Below the pieces are notes generated by a model that saw only the letters and a list, made by a program, of their open reading frames with translations, searched no databases and was not told where the DNA came from. Position numbers and translations under genes: made by a program. From Bigelowiella natans nucleomorph (Eukaryota > Protista > Cercozoa): a DNA stretch of 32,000 bases. The stretch spans positions 60,001 to 92,000 of the forward strand of contig DQ158858.1 of assembly GCA_000002455.1 (NCBI GenBank). The letters run 5' to 3'. Every line of letters begins with the position of its first letter. Position 1 is the first letter of the stretch. Positions 22,864-32,000 of this stretch are shown here, piece after piece.

Positions 22864-23603
22864 TTAACTAGAAATATCATAAATATTATATGACTTTGTC
22901 AATTATACCAAATTTTAAAGCTTCCTGGGAGCTAATTGATAGTTTCCTTAGATAAAACTACTTGATTAAAGCTTACTTTCTTAATAGTTTCCGGCTTCAG
23001 TTGGGTTTCCTTTGATATATTATAAATAATTAAATTTTGTTTATATAATAAATCTTTCCAAAAAGTGACCGTATCTTTCTTATTTGATATTCTCTTAGAA
23101 TTTATTTCAGTCTCAGTGAATAATACTATTAATTAAAGTTGTACCTATAGAATTTTTTAGTCCATATCTATTTGACTTTATTCCAGACGATAGAATTAAC
23201 CCAATATCGTAATTACATAAACCTATGTTATATGATGAGTATTCAAATCTTATGGTTTGTAAGAAGTTATAAAGGTATAAATCACTAGTATATAAAAAAT
23301 TCTAAGTATTTTTATCTAACATTTTTTGTTTGATAAGGAGTATTTATAAATATCCTATTTTTCTCATTTTTCCTATTCATAAATAAGAAAATTACCTGTG
23401 ATATTAAAAGCTGTACAATAAATGTATTAATCTATAGAGTATTAAATTACAGGTTGCCCAATAAATATTATGTTTTTCTCATAAATTTTAGAAGATATAT
23501 CATAAAATTTTTTAGTATTTTTACCGATTCTCTTGTTTTTAAAGTATTTATTGATACAATTATATTTCTTAGGTACTTTTAAAATAAATGAAGTCCTGAT
23601 CAT
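22864..23603 (-). CDS. clpP: Plastid Clp protease core subunit, non-catalytic ClpR-like, 4 introns
   Basis: YDISSKIYEKNIIFIGQP|IN...LLISQVIFL, IFINTP, LILSSG.K.NRYGLKNS, SSQEALKFGIIDKVI give a ClpP fold. About 30 aa of Lys-rich N-terminal extension precedes it. Absent from the ORF track. Confidence 0.85.
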
Positions 23604-23651
23604 CTTGTGAATTTATAAAGTAATAAAAATTATTTATGTAAATTTTTCACA

Positions 23652-24398
23652 ATGCTCAGGACGAAAATAGAAAAAATAGAAAATAAAAATACTAATAAAT
23701 CAGAAAAAAATATGCCTATAGAAAAGTATCTTTAAATAAAAAAAGCATTCCCCAAAAGTTTACAAAAACATTATTCATCTACAATCTACATTCAAATCTC
23801 GAAGAATATTCGATCTATGATTTTTTTTCTCGAGACTGCAGGATCATCGACTTAAAGTTACTAAAAGATCGGAGTAATGGAAAATCAAAAGGTATGGCCT
23901 ATATAGAGGTACTAACTGAAGTAAAAATTTTAGTATTAGAAGGATCTTATGAATGCTTTAGCATTAACAGGAAAATTTCTCTATGGAAATTATTTAATGG
24001 TAAAAATTTCAGAAGTATCGTTATTTTTTATAAGGCCGGAAAAAATTCAAATGGTGAATTATCTCGTTCTAAAAATTCAATATCATTAATACCTGGTCAA
24101 AAGTATAATATCCTTGATACAATTACAGAATCTTCGAATATTTTAATTGTTAATAACTTAAATCACGGAATCAGAGTTTTACAATTAATTATAGGAAAAA
24201 GATTTATTTAGCTTATTTTCTCTCTTTGGAAAGGTAGTTAAGATAGACTCTTTATTTTTAAATAATGATTTTTATTATTGCGTCACGTTTACAAACTACA
24301 CGAGTGTCATGTTATCCAAAATGAAATTACACAAAATCAAATTGGGCGGTAGACCAATGTCAGTGCTAGATAAAAAAGAATTTTTAGACACTTTTTAA
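23652..24398 (+). CDS. RBM39/CAPER-like splicing factor with two RRMs, 4 introns
   Basis: LFIYNL...DFFS...DLKLLKDRSNGKSKGMAYIE...|ALALTGKFLYG..LMVKISE|AGKN matches RBM39 RRM1 (SKGIAYVE...AIGLTGQR.LG....SQAEKN). RRM2 ends in LGGRPM.V. Confidence 0.8.
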
Positions 24399-24419
24399 AG
24401 TAAAATAAATCAAGATCAA

Positions 24420-27100
24420 TTGATAGAATAATTTCACTTAGAACATCATTTCGAGCATAAATATATAGAACTTATAAATTAAATTGTTTACAATATTTAT
24501 AAACTAATTTTTTATTAAATTACCTGGTGCGCATTTATTTTTAAATACTTCATTAATTCTTTTATATAGTTATTCTTTACTAGTAAAAGTATCAGAACAA
24601 CTTTTTCTAATAACGTACTTTTATATAAATGTTAACGTTTCAAAATAATATAAATTGTTTATAAAAATAGTTGAAAACTTTTTGAATACATCAAAAATAA
24701 ATACTGATAATTTTTTTTCGAGTAAAAATATCTCTAATTTTACCAAATCTAGGAAATTTACAGCTGGAATCAGATCTATTTCGACAGATGTTTGATTAGA
24801 TTTATTACATTTCACGAAATGGTAAAACTTACACAACATCAAAATGAATAAAGGCGAAAAATTCATTAAACGGTAACCCTGATAAAATAAAATTCTATAA
24901 AAAAAGACTTTACGTTTGAACATTTAATAAAGCTGTCTCTGATAATACCGAGTCAGTAAAATAAAATTCATCCACTCTTGCTATTAGGTTCTTAATTAAA
25001 TATAAAGAAACAATATTAGTAGAATTAAAAGAGATCGAGATCGTAGAAAACCCAATTTTAAACCAGAAGTTAAACTCATTAATAAAACTTGAAATTTTAA
25101 TTGTTAAATAATGTTGTACATTTCTAATCTGATTGCGCTTCTGGAAAATTTTCGATAACAATGTAATTACGCTACTAATTGTTTGGTATTCTTTATGAAA
25201 ACAATAAACCTTTTCTCAAAGTAGTGAAAAATGGTTCGAAAATAATAGTTTTAAAGGTAATACATCTAAAAAGCGAATTCATCATTAAAATATTGTTAAG
25301 ATTCAATGTATTATGAAATAAATTCTTGAGTAAAGATACTTTTTCGGGTTTAATAAGACTCATTTCTATAATTCCCCACAAATCCCCCTTCAAAGACTGA
25401 TACGTAAAAACTTACTTTATATCGCTTTTCATTGTCCAAACAAATGATAAAAAAAGAGTTGTTTGATATTAGCTTTTGTAGTGGCGTCAAGCTCGTGTTA
25501 ATTGATGATTTTAAATAAAAATAAGAAAGAATATTATGAATCAATTTATTCTTCTTCATAACCAATAGTTCCCATTCGCACGTACCTAATACATGAAGCT
25601 TAGGTGTTATACAGGGATTATATTCTTTTATTTTTAAATAATATTGTAGGTTGGGCTTTGTATATAGAAAAATTTCTGCCCATTTTTCTAAACCATCTTC
25701 TTTCCTAAATCTATACAAAAATAACAAACCTTATAGGAGTTATTAGAATAATATGAAGAAATTTTTTTAATCGCAACCAAAAAACCTATTAATTGGCTAA
25801 AGACCTCGTTCGAATAAAAGGTGACTATACTAGCCGGTAGATAAAAGCCATAAGAATAAAAACCGCTAAGCGATATAGATAAAATTATATGTTTGGCTTT
25901 TGATACGAACTTAGATGCAAAAATTTTATTAGCATTTTCTTCATCTATAATAATGCAATCGCCGATCCTATGGAAATTATGCTTAAGTTTATATTCAATA
26001 TTTATATACTTGTAAAAAATATCTCAACCTTTAATACTAAACTCGTGAAAATTAATTTTAATTTTTTAAACCTATTCAAATTGTAGCACACAATTTTAAA
26101 ATCAATTTTTTCCTTAAAACCAACAGAGCTCAAACTTGTGATAATAAATTGTAAAATAATATTAATATTAGACAAATAAATACTAAATATCTCAATTTGG
26201 TTGATACCTAGTAATATCATCACAGTTGTTAACATCCCAAGCAAAGATGACTTTTAAAAATAATATCTACTTTGCCTCTTCCTCTTGCAGAGAATATAGT
26301 CGAGAATGTGTTGTTATTATTTAAAAAATGATCAAACATCAAAATCATGCCTTTAGTTTGATCAAATGATGCACAGGATTTAATATAAGGTTTGATCAAT
26401 TTCAAATTTATAGACCCTTTTATCGTTTTTTGATGTATAAATTTTTGTATCTCAGTGTTATACTTGTTTAATTCATTCCTAACACTCGGAATAAAATCTG
26501 ATGAGAACCTAGATATCCTATTCTTTTTCATCACTATTTTATTTTTAATAAATACTAATAATGAAATTAGTATGTAGTGAGAAATGAAAATCTGTGTATC
26601 TCTATAATAGGTATAAAATTTACTATCATAAAACACAAAATCTTTATCTTGTACTATACAGATGAGAGATCCCCCTCCTACAGTAGTATGTATCCCAAAA
26701 CATAGAGAATCCAATCCCATTGGTCCATTAACCTATTTAGATTATTATTACATCAAAAATAGAAATGTTATAATTTAAGCATCTCTTTACTTTATTATCG
26801 AGTGATGTGTTATAATCTATGTGAAGAATAGAATAAATAAGCGAATATAATAATTTTTTCTTTCCCTTAATGGATCTCAAAAAGATTTTAGAACCTTAAT
26901 AGTTTTTTAAAATCGGTAGATTGAGAAAAATTAATATACAATAAATTTTTTTTCACAATTATAGAATAGATCAAAAGGATAATCGAAAAAGTTTTATTGA
27001 AACAAACACTTTCTATAAAAAAAAGGAGTCTTTGATCTGTAAGAAAATTTGATAAAATTCTAAAAAATAATTTAGTTTTAGATAAAATTAAAGTCTTCAT
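24420..27100 (-). CDS. kre33: Kre33/NAT10 RNA cytidine acetyltransferase homolog (divergent), many introns; 3' end approximate
   Basis: QRLLFFI, TTVGGGSL, RFSSDFI, SARGRGK|SSLLG, IIIDE, D.LEKW, CEWEL, FEGG occur in NAT10 order. Confidence 0.8.
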
Positions 27101-27165
27101 TACGAAGTATTTGATGTGTAAACTACTCTAATGGCTTTTCTACTGTATTGACTATAATACTTAAG

Positions 27166-27173
27166 GAACTTTC
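27166..27173 (+). promoter_or_regulatory. Possible minimal heat-shock element (GAAnnTTC) about 200 nt upstream of hsp70
   Basis: GAActTTC in the unusually long divergent kre33-hsp70 spacer. Only two units, so it could be chance. Confidence 0.25.
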
Positions 27174-27376
27174 TTAACGAACATGAAGAGTTCTTGTACT
27201 AAGAAACATTTTTTATTTTAAAAAATATTACTTGATATACTAATAGAATAAAAATTTCAATAAAAATTTATTTAAAAAACTATTCTATAATTAAAACAAA
27301 GTTCTAAAATAAATCTTACAAATTATAAATTAAACCTGTATAAAAGGATTCTAAGTAAGGTATCTGCTGTTACTTA

Positions 27377-29275
27377 ATGACAAAAGAATCAACTTCACAT
27401 ATTGCTGGTATCGATCTAGGTACAACTTATAGTTGTATCGGAATGTGGATCAAATCCAAAGTTCAAATAATAAGCAATGAAGCGGGTAATCGTACTACAG
27501 CTTCTGTTGTAGCTTTCACAGATGATGATAAATTAGTCGGTGATGCTGCAAAAAATCAAGCAATCTTTCATCCTAGCCAAGTCGTTTATGATTCCAAAAG
27601 AATGCTAGGTAAAAAATATAATGACGAAACAATTCAGGATGATATGAAAACATGGCCATTTAAAGTTTTACAAGGACCTAAAGAATCAATTTTAATATCC
27701 GTTCAAATTAAAGGAGAAACAAGAGAGTTTTCCCCTGAACAGATCTCTTCAATAGTTTTAAGAAAAATGCGTGAAATTGGAGAAAATTTTACATTAAAAC
27801 CAATAAACGACGTAGTTATTACTGTTCCAGCCTATTTTAATGATGGCCAGAGAATTGCAACCAAGGATGCGGGCGCACTAGCTGAACTAAAAGTAAACCG
27901 TATCGTTAATGAACCAACTGCAGCCTGTATTGCTTATGGTATGGATAGAACTAAAAAACAATCCAGAGAAAGAAGCGTACTAATCTTTGACCTTGGTGGT
28001 GGTACATTTGATGTATCCATCCTTTGTATTGACGGCGGGGTCTTTGAAGTAAAAGCTACTCATGGAAATACACATTTAGGTGGTGAAGATTTTGACCGTG
28101 CTCTAGCAGACTATATCATTTCTGAGTTTGAAAAAAAACACCCTAATACAAATCTAAGAAAAGACGATCGTGCTTATAGAAGAATCAAATCCGCTTCTGA
28201 ACGTGCTAAAAGAACATTATCATCAAAAACTTCTGCCCAAATTGAATTAGATGCTTTAATAGATGGTATTGATTTTAGCTTAATGCTTACTAGAGCAAGA
28301 TTTGAAGAAATTTGCGAGCCATTATTCAAAAAACTTGTAGATCCTGTTTTAAACTGTATCAGAGATGCAGGATATGCTAAAAAAAAAATTCATGATATTG
28401 TTTTAGTTGGTGGATCAACAAGAATCCCCGCTGTTCGTGATCTATTAGCTGAACAATTTAAAGGACGAGAGATATCAAATAACATCAATCCGGATGAAGC
28501 TGTCGCATATGGAGCTGCTATTCAAGGAGCCATTCTAGCAGGTTTGGAGGATGATACCGTTAATCAATTATTATTGTTAGATGTTATACCACTTTCATTA
28601 GGAATCGAAACTGAAGGTAGGTTTAATGAAGTAGTAGTCCCTAAAAATAGTACAATACCCACTACCAGGGACCAAATGTTTGGTGCTTCAAGTGAATTTC
28701 AAGAAGCCACCCTATTAAAGTGGTGGAGGGGAAGAGCACTTACAAAAGACTGCCACGAGCTAGGACAATTTACAATCAACGTAACTCCTCAAGCTCGCAA
28801 AGATTCCAAAGTCATGGTTGTACTTGATATTGATGCTGATGGACTGCTAGAAGTATCAGCTATGGACATGAAATCTAAAAACTCTAATAAATTAAGTATA
28901 ACAAGTGACAGAAGAATACTATCAAGTGACGAAATCGGAAAAATGATAGATGAAGCTAAACAATTCGAAGAAAAAGACAAAAAGGATAAACTCATATTAA
29001 TGAAGAAAATTGAATTAAGGAGAGAACTTGATAAAGCTCGATCAACATTCCCTGATCTAGATAGCTACAAACAAAGATCAATACCAGACGCAAGAGCCAA
29101 CGAGTTTACTCAATATTTAAATGACCTTGAAATGTGGGTAGATCATGACAATAACCAAGATGCTGCACTTTATGATAAAAAAACCGAAGAACTAAGAAAA
29201 AAACTAAATTATTTAACAAGTGGATCTGACGCGAAAAATTCATCTAAAGACCCTAAAGAGAATGTACTAAGTTAA
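27377..29275 (+). CDS. hsp70: Cytosolic-type Hsp70, intronless
   Basis: GIDLGTTYSC, VITVPAYFND, NEPTAA, IFDLGGGTFDVS, THLGGEDFD, VLVGGSTRIP, NPDEAVAYGAA. Confidence 0.97.
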   Translation: MTKESTSHIAGIDLGTTYSCIGMWIKSKVQIISNEAGNRTTASVVAFTDDDKLVGDAAKNQAIFHPSQVVYDSKRMLGKKYNDETIQDDMKTWPFKVLQGPKESILISVQIKGETREFSPEQISSIVLRKMREIGENFTLKPINDVVITVPAYFNDGQRIATKDAGALAELKVNRIVNEPTAACIAYGMDRTKKQSRERSVLIFDLGGGTFDVSILCIDGGVFEVKATHGNTHLGGEDFDRALADYIISEFEKKHPNTNLRKDDRAYRRIKSASERAKRTLSSKTSAQIELDALIDGIDFSLMLTRARFEEICEPLFKKLVDPVLNCIRDAGYAKKKIHDIVLVGGSTRIPAVRDLLAEQFKGREISNNINPDEAVAYGAAIQGAILAGLEDDTVNQLLLLDVIPLSLGIETEGRFNEVVVPKNSTIPTTRDQMFGASSEFQEATLLKWWRGRALTKDCHELGQFTINVTPQARKDSKVMVVLDIDADGLLEVSAMDMKSKNSNKLSITSDRRILSSDEIGKMIDEAKQFEEKDKKDKLILMKKIELRRELDKARSTFPDLDSYKQRSIPDARANEFTQYLNDLEMWVDHDNNQDAALYDKKTEELRKKLNYLTSGSDAKNSSKDPKENVLS

Positions 29276-29780
29276 TATTGTATGGGACTTCATCGTCGCA
29301 AACATCAATATGTTGATCACTATTGTATCTAGTTCCATAGGCTTATTCCTTGTCAGTATCTCATACATAAAGTTATATAGATATTTGTAACCATGGCTCT
29401 TCATACTACAAGACTCTTATGTAAGTCGATAATTACTTTATCATATGTAACATTTAATTAAAAATTATATTATACACCTATATTTCTTGATACATGCACA
29501 GATAGCTCGCCCTTATATATACGCCGCTCCCTAGTATCTTACAAAAAAAACCCAAGCATGAAGGTACAAACTAGAGGACAAAACAAATCCTTATCAGATA
29601 AATACACAACACCTAAAGTTTCCATCCAGTATCGAAAACGATATGATCCTTTATGAAAATAGACACCGTTTCGCCAGAAAATCAATTATAGGGTAATCCA
29701 ACGACAAGATGAGGTTGCACTTGACACACCAGGCTTTCCAAAAAGATGCACGAAACAAACCCAAATGACCAAGAAGTTTT

Positions 29781-30053
29781 CTTAGCAAGGAAGAGATCGA
29801 TCAGATCATTGAAGATGCCCAGAAGTATTCAGGTGAGGATAAGGCCGAAAAGGAATTTGTCGAGATTAAAAATAACGCCGAGGCTCTCATTTACGAAGCT
29901 CAGAGGAAGCTACAAGAAGACAGCGAACTTGCAAAATCTGAGAAAGCTTCACAGATACAGTCTACCATCGATGCCCTGCGATCCGGTCTGAACAGTAAAG
30001 ACAGGTCTGCCATAACCCAACTCATGAGTGAACTACAAACTCTACTTCAATAA
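29781..30053 (+). pseudogene. dnaK: dnaK 3' fragment (helical lid domain only)
   Basis: LSKEEIDQIIEDAQKYSGEDK..KEFVEIKNNAEALIY...TAA is a bacterial/organellar DnaK C-terminus. There is an in-frame TGA at 29766-29768 and no ATG before the homologous part. Confidence 0.85.
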
Positions 30054-30272
30054 TAACCATGGCCTTACAGAAGGTCGCTCGCTATTATATTTGACAAGAC
30101 TTTACTAATTAAAGCCTATAATTAACTTTTTTTTGTTTTAGGATTATTCACTTAATATTTACCTTACTCCCTTTTTCTAACCACCGTATAGAGATGAGTG
30201 CATGTACATTCAAAGAGCACCTTCAGACACGGTGGTAAAAAAACCTCAATGTTTCACATGACTCTTACTAGA

Positions 30273-30428
30273 ACATACCTGGACGATCTGTGACCACAGG
30301 AGAAGCTATTTCTCTACAAGACGTAGGGGTGCACACCCCTACTCCTACTTTGCGTTTACAGGACTCCTCTGTCTCTCTTATCAACTGAAGTTTGGAGGTG
30401 CTTGATATAGAAATAGTCTCCTCCTTTT
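30273..30428 (+). ncRNA. Candidate U1 snRNA-like structured RNA
   Basis: 5' ACATACCTGGACG, a GACCAC-containing stem-loop, a perfect hairpin centred on TGCAC (30323-30342), Sm-like AAGTTTGG, a terminal GGAGG/CCTCC stem and a T run. Confidence 0.35.
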
Positions 30429-30784
30429 GGATGTATCTCAAGAAAGCCAAAGACATCTCAAAAAATGCTCCGAATCAAATTCAAGGAATGCAACCCAGGT
30501 TGGCTTATTAATCAAGGTAATTGAGATAGTGCATGACATCAATGGGCGACTCTCTACAGATTCATCGAACGTTCAAGAGGACTGTTAAAAGTTGAGATAC
30601 TCTAGTAGCGACGCAAATTTATGTAAGCGAGGCTGAAATAACATCAAGAGATGCTAACCCAAGAGGATATATGATTAAAAGCCTTAAACGAGATAATGCC
30701 TGAAAGTAAGGTAACGAAAAGACTACAACTAAGAATAGTAAGAAGCAGAATTTTTGTATACTTGCATCCTTATTCCGGAGGACC

Positions 30785-31174
30785 TAGTGAACCGGGGGTA
30801 GGCCTGCACGGATCACGCGTTTGCACTCTCTCGCTTCCAGCACCCCGTTCCTCTTTAGCACGGTCGTCTACAGTGGGTCCTTGGCGGAGGTCTTGCCCCA
30901 GAATGATCTGAGGCTCGGGCGCGTCAGTTCTGTGCCCTCTAAGGGGTACATAAGGGCTTCTTCCTCCGCTTCGCGCAGAGGCTTGTCTTGGCCGGCCGCG
31001 TTCCTCTCGCCTGGCCGTGTCTCTGGCAAGGGTTCTGGCTTGAGAGGCTGTCAGCCATTACCCCACGGATGTAGCCTCGCGCCATCGACGGCTCCATCGA
31101 GCGCGTTACCAAGTATCCGATCGAACCGTTCCTCTCGTACTAAGCTCCATTACCATCACACCGGTCCCTCACAA

Positions 31175-31229
<55 letters not shown>

Positions 31230-31264
31230 GTCTGTGGGTGAACAATCCAACGCTTTGTGAATCC

Positions 31265-31298
<34 letters not shown>

Positions 31299-31340
31299 AA
31301 TCAAAAAGCAACGTCGCTATGAACGCTTGGCTGCCACAAA

Positions 31341-31375
<35 letters not shown>

Positions 31376-31787
31376 AGCTTCACACCCAGAAGGCTAAAGG
31401 ATCGGTAGGCCATGCTTTCGCAGCTCAAGCTCCTACTGAGAGCCCGAATCAAGTCAGCTTCTACCCTTAACTACACCACACGAGAGTTCTGTCCTCGTTG
31501 AGCTGACCATAGGACACCCGCGTTGTCTTTTGACGGGTGTACCGCCCCAGCCGAACTCCCCACCTGGGGGTGTCTCTCGTGCGTAAGAAGCCAAGCAAGC
31601 GAGGAATCGCGCGGATCCTACACTTACTCGAGTATGCCTGCCGCGCACAAACCACGCCACGGGAGTGGGTCCATGCACGCTTACGATAACAAGATCAGCA
31701 GGACGATCTTGGGAGTGGTGGTATTTCAGTGACGCTCGGAAGCTCCCACCTATGCTACACCTCCTAAGTCGCCCAACAACCCCAGGA

Positions 31788-31822
<35 letters not shown>

Positions 31823-31829
31823 GTTTCTC

Positions 31830-31863
<34 letters not shown>

Positions 31864-31934
31864 GGGTAGGTAGGGACAGTAGGAATCTCGTTGCTCCATT
31901 CATGCACGTCACTAATTAGATGACGAGGCATTTA

Positions 31935-31975
<41 letters not shown>

Positions 31976-32000
31976 TGCTTCGTCGAATCTCTCCGTCTTG
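30785..32000 (-). rRNA. Eukaryotic LSU (28S-type) rRNA, 3' ~1.2 kb (continues beyond window; 3' end approximate)
   Basis: The reverse complement contains the sarcin-ricin loop AGTACGAGAGGAAC (~31128-31142), PTC sequence TCGATGTCGGCTCTTCC, GAGCTGGGTTTAGACCGTCGTGAGACAGGTTAG and GTAACTATGACTCTCTTAAGGTAGC. Confidence 0.98.

Larger units (their letters stand above)
29781..32000. repeat. Inferred inner part of the subtelomeric (dnaK fragment + rDNA) terminal repeat
   Basis: Abrupt rise in GC and a truncated dnaK next to an inward-transcribed rDNA, as known for chlorarachniophyte nucleomorph ends. Repetition itself is not visible in one window. Confidence 0.6.

Noticed and set aside
1-27100. Widespread pseudogenisation, programmed frameshifting or a variant genetic code
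   Set aside because: The stops and shifts examined are explained by tiny GT-AG introns under the standard code (tic20 excepted).
29395-29435. TGTAGTA on the minus strand resembling the U2 branch-recognition sequence
   Set aside because: It lacks the flanking U2 motifs (GCTAAGATCAA, ATCTGTTC).
29746-29991. 81-aa plus-strand ORF
   Set aside because: It is an offset frame of the dnaK fragment; the DnaK similarity is in another frame.
30268-30456. 62-aa minus-strand ORF
   Set aside because: No recognisable motif; it lies in the rDNA spacer and overlaps the structured RNA candidate.
30696-31732. ORFs 30696-30911, 30821-31180, 31454-31678, 31467-31655 and 31523-31732
   Set aside because: They lie in or overlap GC-rich LSU rDNA and are chance frames.
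1-32000. tRNA genes, CRISPR arrays, transposons and telomeric repeats
   Set aside because: No cloverleaf, repeat-spacer array, transposase or telomere motif was seen by eye. A tRNAscan or ARAGORN run would be needed to exclude intron-containing or permuted tRNAs.

Overview
Very AT-rich, gene-dense eukaryotic DNA. Almost every gene is split by 18-21 nt GT-AG introns, so the ORF track shows only fragments. The window ends in a GC-rich block with a dnaK 3' fragment and a minus-strand LSU rRNA. Pygmy introns, plastid-protein genes (tic20, ClpR-like) and a dnaK-fragment/rDNA end indicate the end of a chlorarachniophyte nucleomorph chromosome (Bigelowiella natans-like; inference). Splicing by hand gives about 28 CDS: rpa2 (partial), CFIm25, an A12/C11-like Zn-ribbon subunit, rps25, rpl17, rps5, bystin, sof1, CenH3, pno1, nog1, rps6, clf1, an RFC subunit, prp2, rpl5, eIF2-gamma, nop56, cwc22, rps28, rpl19, tic20, ClpR-like, RBM39-like, kre33, hsp70 and three orphans. 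Top candidate: a structured ~155-nt element in the rDNA spacer (30273-30428) with U1 snRNA-like hallmarks and a changed 5' splice-site recognition sequence (ACAUAC). Several conserved enzymes also appear to have lost catalytic motifs (Nog1, RFC, Kre33, A12/C11, Clp). All family calls come from recalled motifs, not database searches.
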